From contig NC_045707.1 of NCBI RefSeq assembly GCF_009834535.1, forward strand, positions 58,406,001 to 58,470,000: a stretch of DNA of 64,000 bases, in the 5' to 3' direction. The position numbers were made by a program, and so were the translations under genes. Below the pieces are notes generated by a model. The model made no database searches. It had not been told where the DNA came from and worked only from the letters and a program-made list of their open reading frames with translations. Origin of the DNA: Camelus ferus (lineage: Eukaryota). Positions 62,013 to 64,000 of the stretch are shown piece after piece (the first letter of the stretch is position 1; every line of letters begins with the position of its first letter).

Positions 62013-64000
62013 TTTTTTTTTTAAATCGTTATATTTCCTTTGGGTCATTTTAGTATTCTCTCAGTAAATCTGTTTGCCAAAGATGGAGTTCTACGAGCTG
62101 ATGATTCAGTATACAGACGTGTCTATGACTACTATACTAAGGCAAAAGACACAACAGAGAGGTTTCTTTGAAATCACAGCTTTCCAGGGGTTTGATACTG
62201 AGCTTAGAATGAAAGAGCTCAACCAATCCAAGAGCTTGGGCCAACTAGGACTTTCCATAAAAACACCAGGAAGCTTTAATATATTACGTAGCTTAGAGTG
62301 CTCTTTGAGATTTTAAGATAATTAACAAAACCCTGAAGTATTTTCAGGGTCCTCTACGGACTCCTTGTAATGGTACACAGCTGGCTCCCTTTGGTAACGT
62401 TCAAAAGGCCAATTTTCTTTATTCTTTGAGAATGTACATGTCATTCCCCAGAATATTCTCAACAGAAGTTTTAAAAAATGACAGGGTTTCATCGCGTGGC
62501 ACTCTTGCTAACTTAATTAAGTAATCAAGTGATTTGTTATTTCAAGCATATCCCATTGTCTTGCCTGCATTTTGATTAACTTGCTAAAAAAAATTCTCTG
62601 CTGATACACTTACTGAGTCTGAGGACCATTTACCAAACCATAATCTTAGAGCTGAAATTGAGGTTGTAAATGGTCATAAATATGAAAATAACACTAAATT
62701 AAATGCATTTCTTATCTCAGGAGAAAATTACCATGGAAGGATGTAGAAGGTAACAGATCGCCAATTCCCAGCCCCATTTTGAACAGAAACATTTTCACCC
62801 AAGCCCTGTTTTTCAAACATATACTCATTTTTGTTCTCTCCTAAGAAGTCACTCTTGTAACTTCCACAAATTTCCTAGGCTCTTTATGCAGGTAATTGAT
62901 GTAAGAGCTTTCCCTATTTGAGTTGTAAATTCATCTAATGATCATTTTTAGTTGTGATATTTGGTGCTTCCCCAGGTGGGGTCCTTAGTTTGCGTCCGTG
63001 TGGGCATTCCAGCATGTTCCTTCGGTTAATCACTGCTGATCCGGACTCCAATCTTTGTATTTTTGTTCTTGGCATGAGTTTATGATTTAATGGTAGCTTT
63101 TCATCAAAAACGTCTGCCCAACTGTGGGTCATGTTTTTTTTTTATTAATTTTTATATTCAATGGGGTTAGTAAATTATGCTTTTGACCTTCACAAGTGGT
63201 TCTTTAATCAGAGTGGTATGAAAATCATTGCCAAGTCAAGAGGACCCCGGTTTGCTTTCAGTGCCTCAAGCTTTATTAAACTAAACTCTCCTCAATTAAT
63301 TCTTTAAAAGCAATTATTTTCTTTACAAATACATTTCTATAAATTGACTTATCAATAGGCTATATATAATCCAGCCTCTTGAGTAGTTAGAAGAACTAAA
63401 AAATTAGTTTCCAATGGACTATTTCTCTTTGGAGTGTTAAGAGTTGGTATTTATGTATCAAAGATTATAAAGCAACAATAGAAGTTTCTTGAAGCTGGGC
63501 CATACTTGTGATCTTTCTGAAGATTTCTAGATCTGTCCTGGAGACAGGCAAACTGGGGTTGGATTGGAAGGATTTCATAAAGGAATTAAGCCTTGAGCAT
63601 CTTCCAGTTACTGAGGAAAATATATATAGCAGAAGGGAAATTTGAGTTTGGTTATCAGAGAGACAAGTATTTTCAGGATGCTGTTTGGCATAAGGAAAGA
63701 ATGCAAATCAAATCTAGGATGAGGATTAAATGTGAAGATGAAGGTAACTTCATGCCTAATGGCTTGTGTTTTATATAATCAGTGGCTTTAAGAGTGAGAT
63801 TATATGAAGAGGAAGTGAGAAGGAGACTCTAAGCCAATAACTTGGAAATGTTCTTGACATGATAGACACATAGGAGCAATTCATCGTGATTGAGATGAAG
63901 AAAGGCACATTTCCATGGCAGGCTTCAAAGTTAAAGAAGTTCTAACTTTGATTAACTTCATTCTAGCTCTCTCCATTTGTTTTTCCAATTGGTACCATAA

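Overview
Mammalian genomic DNA, most likely camelid (Camelus/Vicugna/Lama), judged from tRNA-derived Vic-1-like SINEs and cetartiodactyl-type L1 3' ends. The window holds the 3' end of SYT1 (synaptotagmin-1) on the minus strand: the penultimate coding exon (13103-13236), the last coding exon (8527-8733), a ~2.9 kb 3'UTR ending at an AATAAA at 5665-5670, and more than 50 kb of the large upstream intron. The preceding exon was not found in the window. The rest is transposon-derived or unique non-coding sequence, and none of the other listed ORFs is a credible protein. I found no convincing new gene system. The best leads are: (1) a solo ERV-type LTR with a 23-bp-period CCAAT array, two octamers and a TATA box pointing convergently at the SYT1 3' end, where the poly(A) signal is palindromic; (2) the apparent ortholog of the human intronic MIR1252 hairpin, split by a SINE; (3) a tailless 5S rRNA retropseudogene; (4) dense miRNA/RBP sites in the 3'UTR; (5) candidate RFX and CTCF elements. 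Repeat family names and human comparisons come from recalled consensus sequences and need database confirmation; most repeat boundaries are approximate.
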